Virus record (IMG/VR): IMGVR_UViG_3300044640_001752
Length of the DNA stretch: 64,000 nt
Source of the DNA: an uncultured virus (IMG/VR IMGVR_UViG_3300044640_001752)
Lineage: Duplodnaviria > Heunggongvirae > Uroviricota > Caudoviricetes
Strand: one strand, 5' to 3'
Below the pieces are notes generated by a model, which worked only from the letters and a program-made list of their open reading frames with translations, made no database searches and had not been told where the DNA came from. Shown here one piece after another: positions 31,669 to 40,159 of this stretch (its first letter is position 1; each line of letters begins with the position of its first letter). Both the position numbers and the translations under genes were made by a program.

Positions 31669-32258
31669 TGTCAGCAGATATTGATATAGACCTGGCAGAT
31701 CGTACTCAACTGTTGAACTTGATCCGGCATACTACTGCACGACAACTGCATCAAGGACAGGTGCGTCGACACAACAGCGGAGTATATGTAACTGCTATTC
31801 CTCAGGATCCTGTAAATGGCTGTGCTGCGATCGATTATAACGAAGCAGAATCTCGCGGATATTTTAAAATCGATTTCTTAAACATGTCGGTTTATCAGCT
31901 GGTACGCGACCCTGAGCATTACGAATCTGTGCTGGCAGCTGATGTCAACTGGGCACGATTGTGGACTGATCCAACCTGGGCAACACAACTGGTTCATGTG
32001 GGAAACTATGCGGATCTGCTGCAGACAATGAAACCAGATTCTATTCCTCGTATGGCAGCATTTATCAGCGTCATTAGACCTGGAAAAGCTCATTTGCAGA
32101 AATGTGCCTGGGATCAAGTATTTGCGTCAGTGTGGGACGGCGACGACAGTCGAGGCTACACCTTTAAGAAAAGCCACAGCTTGGGTTATGCACGATTGGT
32201 TGCACTGCATATGAATTTACTAGAAGATGCAGAACGCAACTCTATTCAACCCGTTTGA
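31668..32258 (+). CDS. Miniature DnaE/Pol III alpha-like catalytic protein
   Basis: DIDID, HNSGVY, GYFKIDFL, IRPG and GYTFKKSHSLGYA in DnaE order; TGATG overlap with the upstream gene. Confidence 0.75.
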   Translation: MSADIDIDLADRTQLLNLIRHTTARQLHQGQVRRHNSGVYVTAIPQDPVNGCAAIDYNEAESRGYFKIDFLNMSVYQLVRDPEHYESVLAADVNWARLWTDPTWATQLVHVGNYADLLQTMKPDSIPRMAAFISVIRPGKAHLQKCAWDQVFASVWDGDDSRGYTFKKSHSLGYARLVALHMNLLEDAERNSIQPV

Positions 32259-32619
32259 CCAGAGTAACACTTTTTCTTTTTGATTTTTTACGACTCAGGT
32301 CGCTTAGGCTACAAACAGGTCCGCATAAAATTGTTAGATCTTTGTTGACAAAAGTACGACGATACTGCCGGAATGGTTCCCATTCTGACTTCAAAAAAAT
32401 ATTAATAGGTATGCTTCTATTGCTTTCCCACCACCATACCGCTGCCAACTCAATAAACAACAATTTGAGTTGAGTATCTTGTATGTTGCCAAAGTCGTAA
32501 ATGGTGGTAATGGTTTCGTCGCGATTTTGTACGATGCCAACATATTCCATGTTGGCATAAATGCATAGAGACATGAAAGGATATTTGGCAGTAAGCTGTT
32601 CTATTATGTTGTTGCCCAT
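32242..32619 (-). CDS. Hypothetical protein
   Basis: 125 aa; TAAATA on the - strand at 32625-32630. Confidence 0.7.
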   Translation of the reverse strand: MGNNIIEQLTAKYPFMSLCIYANMEYVGIVQNRDETITTIYDFGNIQDTQLKLLFIELAAVWWWESNRSIPINIFLKSEWEPFRQYRRTFVNKDLTILCGPVCSLSDLSRKKSKRKSVTLVKRVE

Positions 32620-32697
32620 GCGGGTATTTATGTGCTAGGTTTTTGGTGTAAATAACTATTAGCTGTTTGGCACAAATATTATAAGATAAATAGAATC

Positions 32698-33483
32698 ATG
32701 TACTCAACAACCGCCTATCTTTACCAACAAATTCAACAAGTTTTGTTGATAGACATCAGCGGCGCTTATTTCAATGCGAGGTGGAATCCGGTGTATGCAA
32801 AAAATTTAAAATGTAATTTAGGCGTGGACAATGTCATTTTGTTTCAGTTCCTAAATCAAGATCAAAAGCCAGTGAACATCACAGGATCTACGTTTACCTT
32901 TCGTATTATCAGTCAAAATGGAGAAAATCTTCTGTATGCTCGAGAACTAGTGGCCTTAAGCGCCAGCCTAGGGCGTGCCAAAGTTACTATTCCTGCTGCC
33001 GACACCCTGCATTTTCAAGCACAGCCAGCCAGTTGGAGTTTGGAAGTATCGTCGGGTGTGTTGGATCAAGCAGTATATACCGATGATTATTCGGGTGCTC
33101 GCGGCGACATCGACTTGGTAAATTCCATATTTCCCATGTTTGTAGGCAGTCAGATTTTGACAGTTCCCAGCCAGGCACCAGTGAATGATGTTTATTATTC
33201 CAGTACACTAGAAACTGATGGTAGAGCATTGACGACCTTTCAGTTCGACCCTCAGCAATTAACTGGCGTAGTTGCTGTACAAGGCGCAACTGCAGCCACA
33301 GCCAACACTGTCGAATGGTACAATGTGCCTTTTCAAGATCTCAGAACAGGTCAAACCGTCGAACAGCTGACCTTGACTAATAGTCAAGAACGCATTGGTT
33401 TCAACGTTTCTGGATACCATCCTTACTTGAGATTATCTTTTGATCTCACATCCGGCGACTTTGGTGTAATTGCATATCGCTAA
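32698..33483 (+). CDS. Probable structural (tail/baseplate) protein
   Basis: Late promoters at 32649 and 32687; beta-rich; NQDQKPVNITG. Confidence 0.55.
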   Translation: MYSTTAYLYQQIQQVLLIDISGAYFNARWNPVYAKNLKCNLGVDNVILFQFLNQDQKPVNITGSTFTFRIISQNGENLLYARELVALSASLGRAKVTIPAADTLHFQAQPASWSLEVSSGVLDQAVYTDDYSGARGDIDLVNSIFPMFVGSQILTVPSQAPVNDVYYSSTLETDGRALTTFQFDPQQLTGVVAVQGATAATANTVEWYNVPFQDLRTGQTVEQLTLTNSQERIGFNVSGYHPYLRLSFDLTSGDFGVIAYR

Positions 33484-33511
33484 TTGTCATAAAGTATGTT
33501 ATACTAGCTGA

Positions 33512-34480
33512 ATGCTAGATATTGTCCAATACCTCCCAGGAAAACGCAAGACATCCAGCTCGGGCTGGATCAGTTTCAACGGCCCCTGCTGTGTCCACAA
33601 TGGCGAAAGTCAGGATCGACGGCAGCGTGGCGGACTCAAAAGCAGCGCCGAAGGTTGGAGTTATCATTGTTTCAACTGCGGTTATACTGCTAGTTTTATC
33701 TTGGGACGTAATCTCAGTTTTAAAGCTCGCAAGCTGTTGACCTGGTTGAATGTACCACAAGAAGAAATAGAACGTGTCAATCTAGAAAGCCTACGGCATC
33801 GTAGTATAACAGGATTACTAGACGACCGTCAGCAAACTGCAGCAGCTATACAAGGCATACACTTCGAAGAACGTGACATAGGCGGGGTTGAATTTGTAAC
33901 ACCAGCACATACAGACATATGGAATTACTTGCGCAGCAGATGTGCACCTGTAGATTATCCATTTATGGTCAGTGCAACTGCAGGCGCAAGACCGGGAGTC
34001 ATTATCCCGTTCACCTATAACAACACCTTGGTTGGCAATACCACTAGATTTTTGGATGATCGAAAACCCGTATGGTTAAACGATTTTCAACCTGGGTATG
34101 TGTTCGGCACAGACTTGCAACATGCCAATTGGCAATCAGTTGTGGTGACAGAAGGCATATTTGATGCACTCAGCATCAGTGGCTTGGCTTTGATGCACAA
34201 CGAAGTCAGTGATGCACAAGCCAGACTCATACGTAGTTTGGGAAAGGAAATTATTGTAGTACCCGATCAAGACCGGCCTGGCATGGAGCTAGTGAATCGT
34301 GCCATTGAGTTGGGATGGTCGGTGAGCATGCCCAAGTGGGATGGTTGCAAAGATGTCAATGATGCTGTAAAGAAATATGGTCGTTTAGCAACCTTGCTAA
34401 CTATCATGCAGGCACGAGAGACCAGCAGAATCAAAATAGAAATGCGCAAAAAACAACTTGTTAAGACCTTCAGACTATGA
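33512..34480 (+). CDS. DNA primase (gp61-like)
   Basis: Zn finger PCC-x-H...HCFNC; TOPRIM TEGIFDAL, PDQD, KDVND. Confidence 0.9.
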   Translation: MLDIVQYLPGKRKTSSSGWISFNGPCCVHNGESQDRRQRGGLKSSAEGWSYHCFNCGYTASFILGRNLSFKARKLLTWLNVPQEEIERVNLESLRHRSITGLLDDRQQTAAAIQGIHFEERDIGGVEFVTPAHTDIWNYLRSRCAPVDYPFMVSATAGARPGVIIPFTYNNTLVGNTTRFLDDRKPVWLNDFQPGYVFGTDLQHANWQSVVVTEGIFDALSISGLALMHNEVSDAQARLIRSLGKEIIVVPDQDRPGMELVNRAIELGWSVSMPKWDGCKDVNDAVKKYGRLATLLTIMQARETSRIKIEMRKKQLVKTFRL

Positions 34481-35472
34481 AACATTTTTGTGTAATGCCT
34501 TGGTACAGCAGAGAGATAAATTTAAAAACCCAACAAGATTCTATATGTTGTTGGTTACAAAAATCCATTTCTCGATCCCGTCTGCAACAAGATTTTATTG
34601 ATAATAAACAGTCCGAGGCTTGCCAAAAATGCTGGCATCTTGAAGATTCTGGAATTGAAAGTCGTCGACAAATGGAGAATAGATTTTTAGACTTTGCGCT
34701 AGATAAAAATATCGAAGTGATAGCCGACAATATACATGATGCCGAGCCAATGTTGTATCAATTTAATTTGGGATCATTGTGCAATTCAACTTGTATTACT
34801 TGTGGTGCCAATGCCAGTTCTGCTTGGCAAGGCTTGCTAAAAAAACAAATCAAAATCTCATCTGAGAATAGTAGAATAGATCGCAACTTTGACCACTATC
34901 AATCCACAATTAACTGGAAAACAATCAAACGTATCAATCTATTAGGCGGTGAGCCATTGTTGATTGAAAAATCGTTTGCTATACTAGATATGTTGCTGTT
35001 AAACGGCAACACTGATTGTTTGGTTAGCTTTGTTACCAACGGCAGTGTTACATTGACCAAAAAGCATATCGATACATTTGCTAAATTCAGCAATATCAGT
35101 TGCTGTGTTAGCATAGACGGAACTGACAAGCTATTTGAATATGTAAGATATCCATTAAGCTGGGATCGAACCTTAACAAATATTGATCAGTACAGACAGA
35201 TTTTTCGAGAAGTAGTAGTAAGTTATACCATTAGCAACCTCAACATTCACGACAAGCAAAATACTGTCAATTGGTTCAATCAACAAGGATTGTTGTACAT
35301 TGAAAATTATGTGCAATATCCTGCTTATTTTAATCATACTGTACAGCCCGGTCATGCGTTATGGCCTAAATTTGTCGAAGCAATTACTACACAAGATAAA
35401 ATTAAAGGTATTTCAGTCAACGATTATGTACCTTATTTGTCAAATCTGCTGCAAAGTAACCCATTGGATTGA
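34477..35472 (+). CDS. Radical SAM protein with N-terminal SPASM/twitch-like cluster
   Basis: CVMPW...CC...CQKC; CNSTCITC; GGEP; VTNG. Confidence 0.88.
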   Translation: MKHFCVMPWYSREINLKTQQDSICCWLQKSISRSRLQQDFIDNKQSEACQKCWHLEDSGIESRRQMENRFLDFALDKNIEVIADNIHDAEPMLYQFNLGSLCNSTCITCGANASSAWQGLLKKQIKISSENSRIDRNFDHYQSTINWKTIKRINLLGGEPLLIEKSFAILDMLLLNGNTDCLVSFVTNGSVTLTKKHIDTFAKFSNISCCVSIDGTDKLFEYVRYPLSWDRTLTNIDQYRQIFREVVVSYTISNLNIHDKQNTVNWFNQQGLLYIENYVQYPAYFNHTVQPGHALWPKFVEAITTQDKIKGISVNDYVPYLSNLLQSNPLD

Positions 35473-35475
35473 AAA

Positions 35476-36021
35476 GTGAATTATAATTCAGGATATGCAG
35501 ATGGAATCAATAATTGGGTTGGAAAATTTTCTAATCAGTCATACAAGTATTTTGCAAGACATGATTCAGGTAAACCCATTGATTATACCTTTAACAGTCT
35601 GGGATACCGCGGCCCCGAACATCATGCACATCCAGACATTTCGGTCTTTGGCAGTAGTTTTAGCTTTGGTGTAGGTCTTGCCTACAATCAATGCTGGCAC
35701 CAACTGTTGGGTGATTTACAAGTAAACACTTACACAACCGCTGGATTTTTAGTTTCAAATAATGATATTATTGACCACTATAAAAAAGTTTCTGTCAAGT
35801 CGGGTATAACTATTATTCAGTTACGAGAATTTAAATATAACAAAGAAAATTTTTTACTACCGAATCATGGATTTTATTTTGTTATTGACGAAATCAAACA
35901 TTCGCACATTCCGACCCTTACTTGGTCTTCTTTTATTGATCGTGCAGAAGATGATACACATCCAGGGCCCAACACACATTTACAATGGTCGAAAATAATA
36001 AAGAAAATGTTCAATATGTGA
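35476..36021 (+). CDS. SGNH/GDSL-like protein (short paralog of 1805)
   Basis: FNSLGYRG, FGSSFSFG, DDTHPG. Confidence 0.55.
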   Translation: MNYNSGYADGINNWVGKFSNQSYKYFARHDSGKPIDYTFNSLGYRGPEHHAHPDISVFGSSFSFGVGLAYNQCWHQLLGDLQVNTYTTAGFLVSNNDIIDHYKKVSVKSGITIIQLREFKYNKENFLLPNHGFYFVIDEIKHSHIPTLTWSSFIDRAEDDTHPGPNTHLQWSKIIKKMFNM

Positions 36022-36746
36022 TAAGTCATCTCGAAGGCTGCTCCGGCAACTTTCTGGGATTCTTAATAGCCGACGTTGTTCCGAAAAACACAAATATATT
36101 TCGCGTTGATACCGGTCCCAATGATTTAGTTTTATCATTAAATGGTCGTTATCATTGGCACAAAGAAATACAAGCACGTATAAAAAATCATACAGTAGTA
36201 GTTACACACAATTTTGATACAGAATTAATTAACACAACATTTCCAAATGCTAAAATTATACAACTATATCCCTATACGCACATTGGCAATGTGTTATATA
36301 ATATCTCTTATAAAAAGTTAACATTAAAATTATCTAATCTAGTTGATAATCATTTTATTGACATTGCAAATTGGCATAAAAAAATTCAATCATTTACTCC
36401 GTCTCAAACATGCTACAATTATTGGAATTTAACTGACGTAAATTTCTTAAAAGATATTATTTCAAAGGAGTTAACTGATAGCCAGAAGTTATTTTTTAAC
36501 AATTATTGGGCTACTCAATTAAACTATAACTTGAACATGCCGTCGGATAAAATGTCAATGCCCGATTTGATTAAATTTTGGGGTATAGAAGATAATTTTA
36601 GTCCATGGATGGTAGCTTGGCTTATATATGTCTTTGAGTACTTACACGAGCTGCCGGAGGAAAAAAGATTATGGTCAATCAACGATGCAATTAATTTTTG
36701 CAGTTGGGCCGATGTCACTAGACTAGAAAGAATGTATCGTGTATAA
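35985..36746 (+). CDS. Hypothetical protein (possible sulfotransferase/P-loop-like fold)
   Basis: EGCSGNFL...VVTHN...FPNAKII; AT-rich. Confidence 0.5.
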   Translation: MVENNKENVQYVISHLEGCSGNFLGFLIADVVPKNTNIFRVDTGPNDLVLSLNGRYHWHKEIQARIKNHTVVVTHNFDTELINTTFPNAKIIQLYPYTHIGNVLYNISYKKLTLKLSNLVDNHFIDIANWHKKIQSFTPSQTCYNYWNLTDVNFLKDIISKELTDSQKLFFNNYWATQLNYNLNMPSDKMSMPDLIKFWGIEDNFSPWMVAWLIYVFEYLHELPEEKRLWSINDAINFCSWADVTRLERMYRV

Positions 36747-36747
36747 T
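36719..36747 (+). promoter_or_regulatory. sigma70-like promoter for the helicase gene
   Basis: TAGACT-17-TATAAT. Confidence 0.65.
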
Positions 36748-36773
36748 ATTAAAAAACTTCAGGAACAATTAGC

Positions 36774-38165
36774 TTGTTAAAAGATTACAACACTGACGTA
36801 CAACGATTATTCTTGGAAATGATGTTGTGCGATGCCACCAGCTATGTACGTGTGCAAAACATTTATGATCCAGAAAACTTTGATCGAACGTTGAGACCAG
36901 CCGCTGAATTCATTAAACAACACAGCGCCGAATTCAAGACCATGCCAGATCGTGCGCAGATTCGTGCTGCCACTGGTATTGTGTTGCAGGAAATTCCCGA
37001 TCTCAATGAAGGTCACTTTGACTGGTTTCTAGATGAGTTTGAATCGTTTACTCGCAAGCAAGCACTGGAGCGAGCTATTCTCAAAGCAGCTGACTTGTTG
37101 GAGCAACCTGATTATGATTCCGGCGGTATCGAAAAGCTGATCAAAGACGCAGTACAGATCAGCCTGACTAAGGACATGGGCACAAACTATTTTGACAGCC
37201 CTAGTGATCGACTCAACCGATATTTCAACTCAGGCGGTCAGGTCTCAACCGGATGGCCACAGATGGATCGTATCTTGTATGGCGGATTCAGCAGAGGCGA
37301 ACTGAACATTTTTGCTGGAGGTTCTGGCTCGGGCAAGAGCCTGGTCATGATGAATATAGCTTTAAACTGGTTGAGCCAAGGATTGAGTGGTGTTTACATC
37401 ACATTGGAATTGAATGAAGAACTGGTTGCTCTGCGTACAGACGCCATGTTGACCAGTACCAGTACCAAAGACATTCGTAGAGATATTGGACAAACAGAGC
37501 TCAAAGTAAAAATGATGGGCAAGAAGTTTGGCGACTATCGCATCAAGGCCTTGCCAGCACAAAGCAATGTAAACGACATGCGTGCCTACATCAAAGAAGT
37601 ACAGATACAGACCGGCATCAAGATCGACTTTATCATGGTGGATTATCTGGACCTGATCATGCCGGTCACTGTAAAAGTCAATCCCAATGATCAGTTTATC
37701 AAGGACAAGTATTCAGCAGAAGAGCTGCGTAACTTGGCCATTGAACTCAAGGTGTTAATGGTCACAGCAAGTCAGTTGAACCGTAGTGCAGTAGAAGAAA
37801 TTGAGTTTGATCATAGCCACATTGCCGGTGGCATATCCAAGATCAATACAGCTGACTTTGTGTTTGGTATTTTTACATCTAGAGCCATGCGAGAGCGAGG
37901 CAAGTATCAAATGCAGTGCATGAAAAGTCGTAGCAGTCAGGGCGTTGGCAACAAGGTTGATCTGGACTACGATATCGAAACCATGCGCATTACTGACAAC
38001 GGAGAGGATACTAATCAGCAAGGTCCGCGTAGCAGCATCATGGACTCTATCAAGACTCGTAGCCAAGTTGCCAAACCCGACGAAGATATGGACACAGCTA
38101 AAGTCACAGCAGACGTACAAGGCACCAAACTCAGGCAACTGCTGGGCCAGATCAAACAGGCTTAA
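36774..38165 (+). CDS. Replicative DnaB-family helicase (gp41-like)
   Basis: STGW, GGSGSGKS, ITLEL, VDYLDL, TASQLNR, MKSR; TTG start. Confidence 0.93.
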   Translation: MLKDYNTDVQRLFLEMMLCDATSYVRVQNIYDPENFDRTLRPAAEFIKQHSAEFKTMPDRAQIRAATGIVLQEIPDLNEGHFDWFLDEFESFTRKQALERAILKAADLLEQPDYDSGGIEKLIKDAVQISLTKDMGTNYFDSPSDRLNRYFNSGGQVSTGWPQMDRILYGGFSRGELNIFAGGSGSGKSLVMMNIALNWLSQGLSGVYITLELNEELVALRTDAMLTSTSTKDIRRDIGQTELKVKMMGKKFGDYRIKALPAQSNVNDMRAYIKEVQIQTGIKIDFIMVDYLDLIMPVTVKVNPNDQFIKDKYSAEELRNLAIELKVLMVTASQLNRSAVEEIEFDHSHIAGGISKINTADFVFGIFTSRAMRERGKYQMQCMKSRSSQGVGNKVDLDYDIETMRITDNGEDTNQQGPRSSIMDSIKTRSQVAKPDEDMDTAKVTADVQGTKLRQLLGQIKQA

Positions 38166-38208
38166 TGCGCTGTATTACTGCTAAATAATTGAAAGGGTCT
38201 TGGTAAAC

Positions 38209-38469
38209 ATGCAAAAACGCACTCGCAGCATCTTGGAAGAACTAGATGCATTATACACAGAAAAAAATGCGGACCGTGATCGACGCTATATTATTGAGAC
38301 TCGCGCTGACAATGTCATTGCCAGTGCCATACGTCTAATAGAACAGATCGAATCAAGTTATAGTCCTGAGCAAGCAGACAACTTGATAAGAAAATTGCTG
38401 AATGCAATTCGCGACAAAGATGCTAAGAAATTTACACGAACAGTAAGGCGCACAGATGCAGATATTTGA
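38209..38469 (+). CDS. Hypothetical late protein
   Basis: TAAATA at 38182; ATG at 38209. Confidence 0.65.
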   Translation: MQKRTRSILEELDALYTEKNADRDRRYIIETRADNVIASAIRLIEQIESSYSPEQADNLIRKLLNAIRDKDAKKFTRTVRRTDADI

Positions 38470-40159
38470 ACTTAACCACGCTAGAAAATCAAACACACTT
38501 GTTGAAAGTGTATGCCGCGATCTCACACGTGAACAACGTCACATAGTGGAAGGCATGGTGCGAGACCTGCGCCCCTTGTTTGAAACCACTCTTACTGCAG
38601 ATCAAATACAACAAATTTTCCAACAGGCCCAGCAAAAGCAAACAGCTCAGGGCGGTGTTGGTCGTACTGCAATTGGTAAGGCTGTAGATACAACCAAGGC
38701 AGTGGGCAGTGCTGTGGGCACTGCTGCTGGTGCTGTAAACAAAGCCATTGACGGACTAGGTCGATACTTGCAGACCACTGCGCCTGTTCAATATTTTGAT
38801 CAGAAGTTTGAAGATCTAAAACAAAAGATTTCTGCCAAATTAGGCACAGACAGCAAAACAATGGCTGTGATTGATCAACTGGGTCAATATGCCAAGGCCA
38901 ACCCCGGCAAGACAGCCTTTGTGATAGGTGCACTAACAGCAGTAGCAGCCTTCACCACAGGTCCAGCAGGTGGTGCCATTGCTGGTCAAATATTACGTGG
39001 TGCAACAGAGTTGCTGAAAGGCGAGAAGTTATCAACTGCTGTGGGCAAAGGCGCCAAGTCGGCTGCTATTGGCGGGGCCTTAGGCGCCGGCATAACTGCA
39101 CTAGGTGATTATTTTGGAAACATCGAGGTTGTTGCTAGACAGATACCAGGATATACACAGCTTACCCAACTCGGTTTTAGACGGACGTCCATCAGGATTG
39201 GTGGTAACAATCCTGGATTCTTTTTTGGTGATCTTCGTGGAATAATAATTCCTAGCCAATTAGCTCCTAAATTAGAATTACTTATAGATCAAACTGAAAA
39301 GTATATTGATGCTGGCAATTGGGCTGGAGCTGATAGATACTGGAAGGAAGTTACAGCTATAGTTGATAATCCAGAAGTGCGACAAGCAGTGAAAGAGATA
39401 GCTGGTAATAATCAAAAATTATATGATCAAGCAGTAGCTAATGCCGCTAATTTTAAGGAAGTAGCTGCTAAAATTTCTTCAACACTTACTGCGGCTGTAC
39501 AAGGAGGCATAGCCGGGGCATCTGCAGCACCTGCACCAGCAGCTAAAACTCCTGCTCCTGCTCCTCAGGTTAAGGAAGGTTATACCAGACTAACCAACAA
39601 AGAAATACGTGAAATATTTGCCATTGCGGGTGGTCAACTTACCGAAGGTCCTACATGGGATAAAATCAAATCCGTAGGTGGCAAACTTGCACAAAAAATT
39701 ACCAACAAACAAATAAATCCGGCAGCACTACTTAAACATTGGGAATATGCTGGACGTCCCACTGACAGTGGCATTATTGCCACCATACTACGTAGTAATA
39801 ATATATCTGATGATGTAATACAAGATATCTTTGGTGCTATGAATATTGAAGTCAACACTCCTGCGGCTGGCGCAACTACCCCAGCTACCCCAGCTACCCC
39901 AGCTACCCCAGCTACCCCAGCTACCTCAGGGGCTGCTATTTCGAGTACTCCTGCTGCTGCTACATCAGCTACAGCAGCAAAACCACTTCCGGCTGCAGAG
40001 CCTGGTCCTGCAATGAATAATTCGCAGTTGTTGAAATCGTACGAAATGATGACACCTGCGCAACGAGCACAATTGATAAAAGATTTTGAAATAATTGATG
40101 ATCGAGACAGATTAGCAACTGGCACCAATGAAAGTCTTAGAAGTCAGAGAAAAATATGA
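38456..40159 (+). CDS. Probable virion internal/ejection protein with Gly-Ala-rich hydrophobic segments
   Basis: AFVIGALTAVAA...GGAIAG...AAIGGALGAG; Pro-Ala-Thr linkers; several x-x-E|G sites. Confidence 0.55.
   Translation: MQIFELNHARKSNTLVESVCRDLTREQRHIVEGMVRDLRPLFETTLTADQIQQIFQQAQQKQTAQGGVGRTAIGKAVDTTKAVGSAVGTAAGAVNKAIDGLGRYLQTTAPVQYFDQKFEDLKQKISAKLGTDSKTMAVIDQLGQYAKANPGKTAFVIGALTAVAAFTTGPAGGAIAGQILRGATELLKGEKLSTAVGKGAKSAAIGGALGAGITALGDYFGNIEVVARQIPGYTQLTQLGFRRTSIRIGGNNPGFFFGDLRGIIIPSQLAPKLELLIDQTEKYIDAGNWAGADRYWKEVTAIVDNPEVRQAVKEIAGNNQKLYDQAVANAANFKEVAAKISSTLTAAVQGGIAGASAAPAPAAKTPAPAPQVKEGYTRLTNKEIREIFAIAGGQLTEGPTWDKIKSVGGKLAQKITNKQINPAALLKHWEYAGRPTDSGIIATILRSNNISDDVIQDIFGAMNIEVNTPAAGATTPATPATPATPATPATSGAAISSTPAAATSATAAKPLPAAEPGPAMNNSQLLKSYEMMTPAQRAQLIKDFEIIDDRDRLATGTNESLRSQRKI
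39876..39929 (+). repeat. 9-bp tandem repeat CTACCCCAG x5 plus one variant (encodes TPA repeats)
   Basis: Read directly from the sequence. Confidence 0.9.

Noticed and set aside
39876..39929. 9-bp repeat as a phase-variation switch
   Set aside because: Unit length is a multiple of three, so slippage only changes linker length
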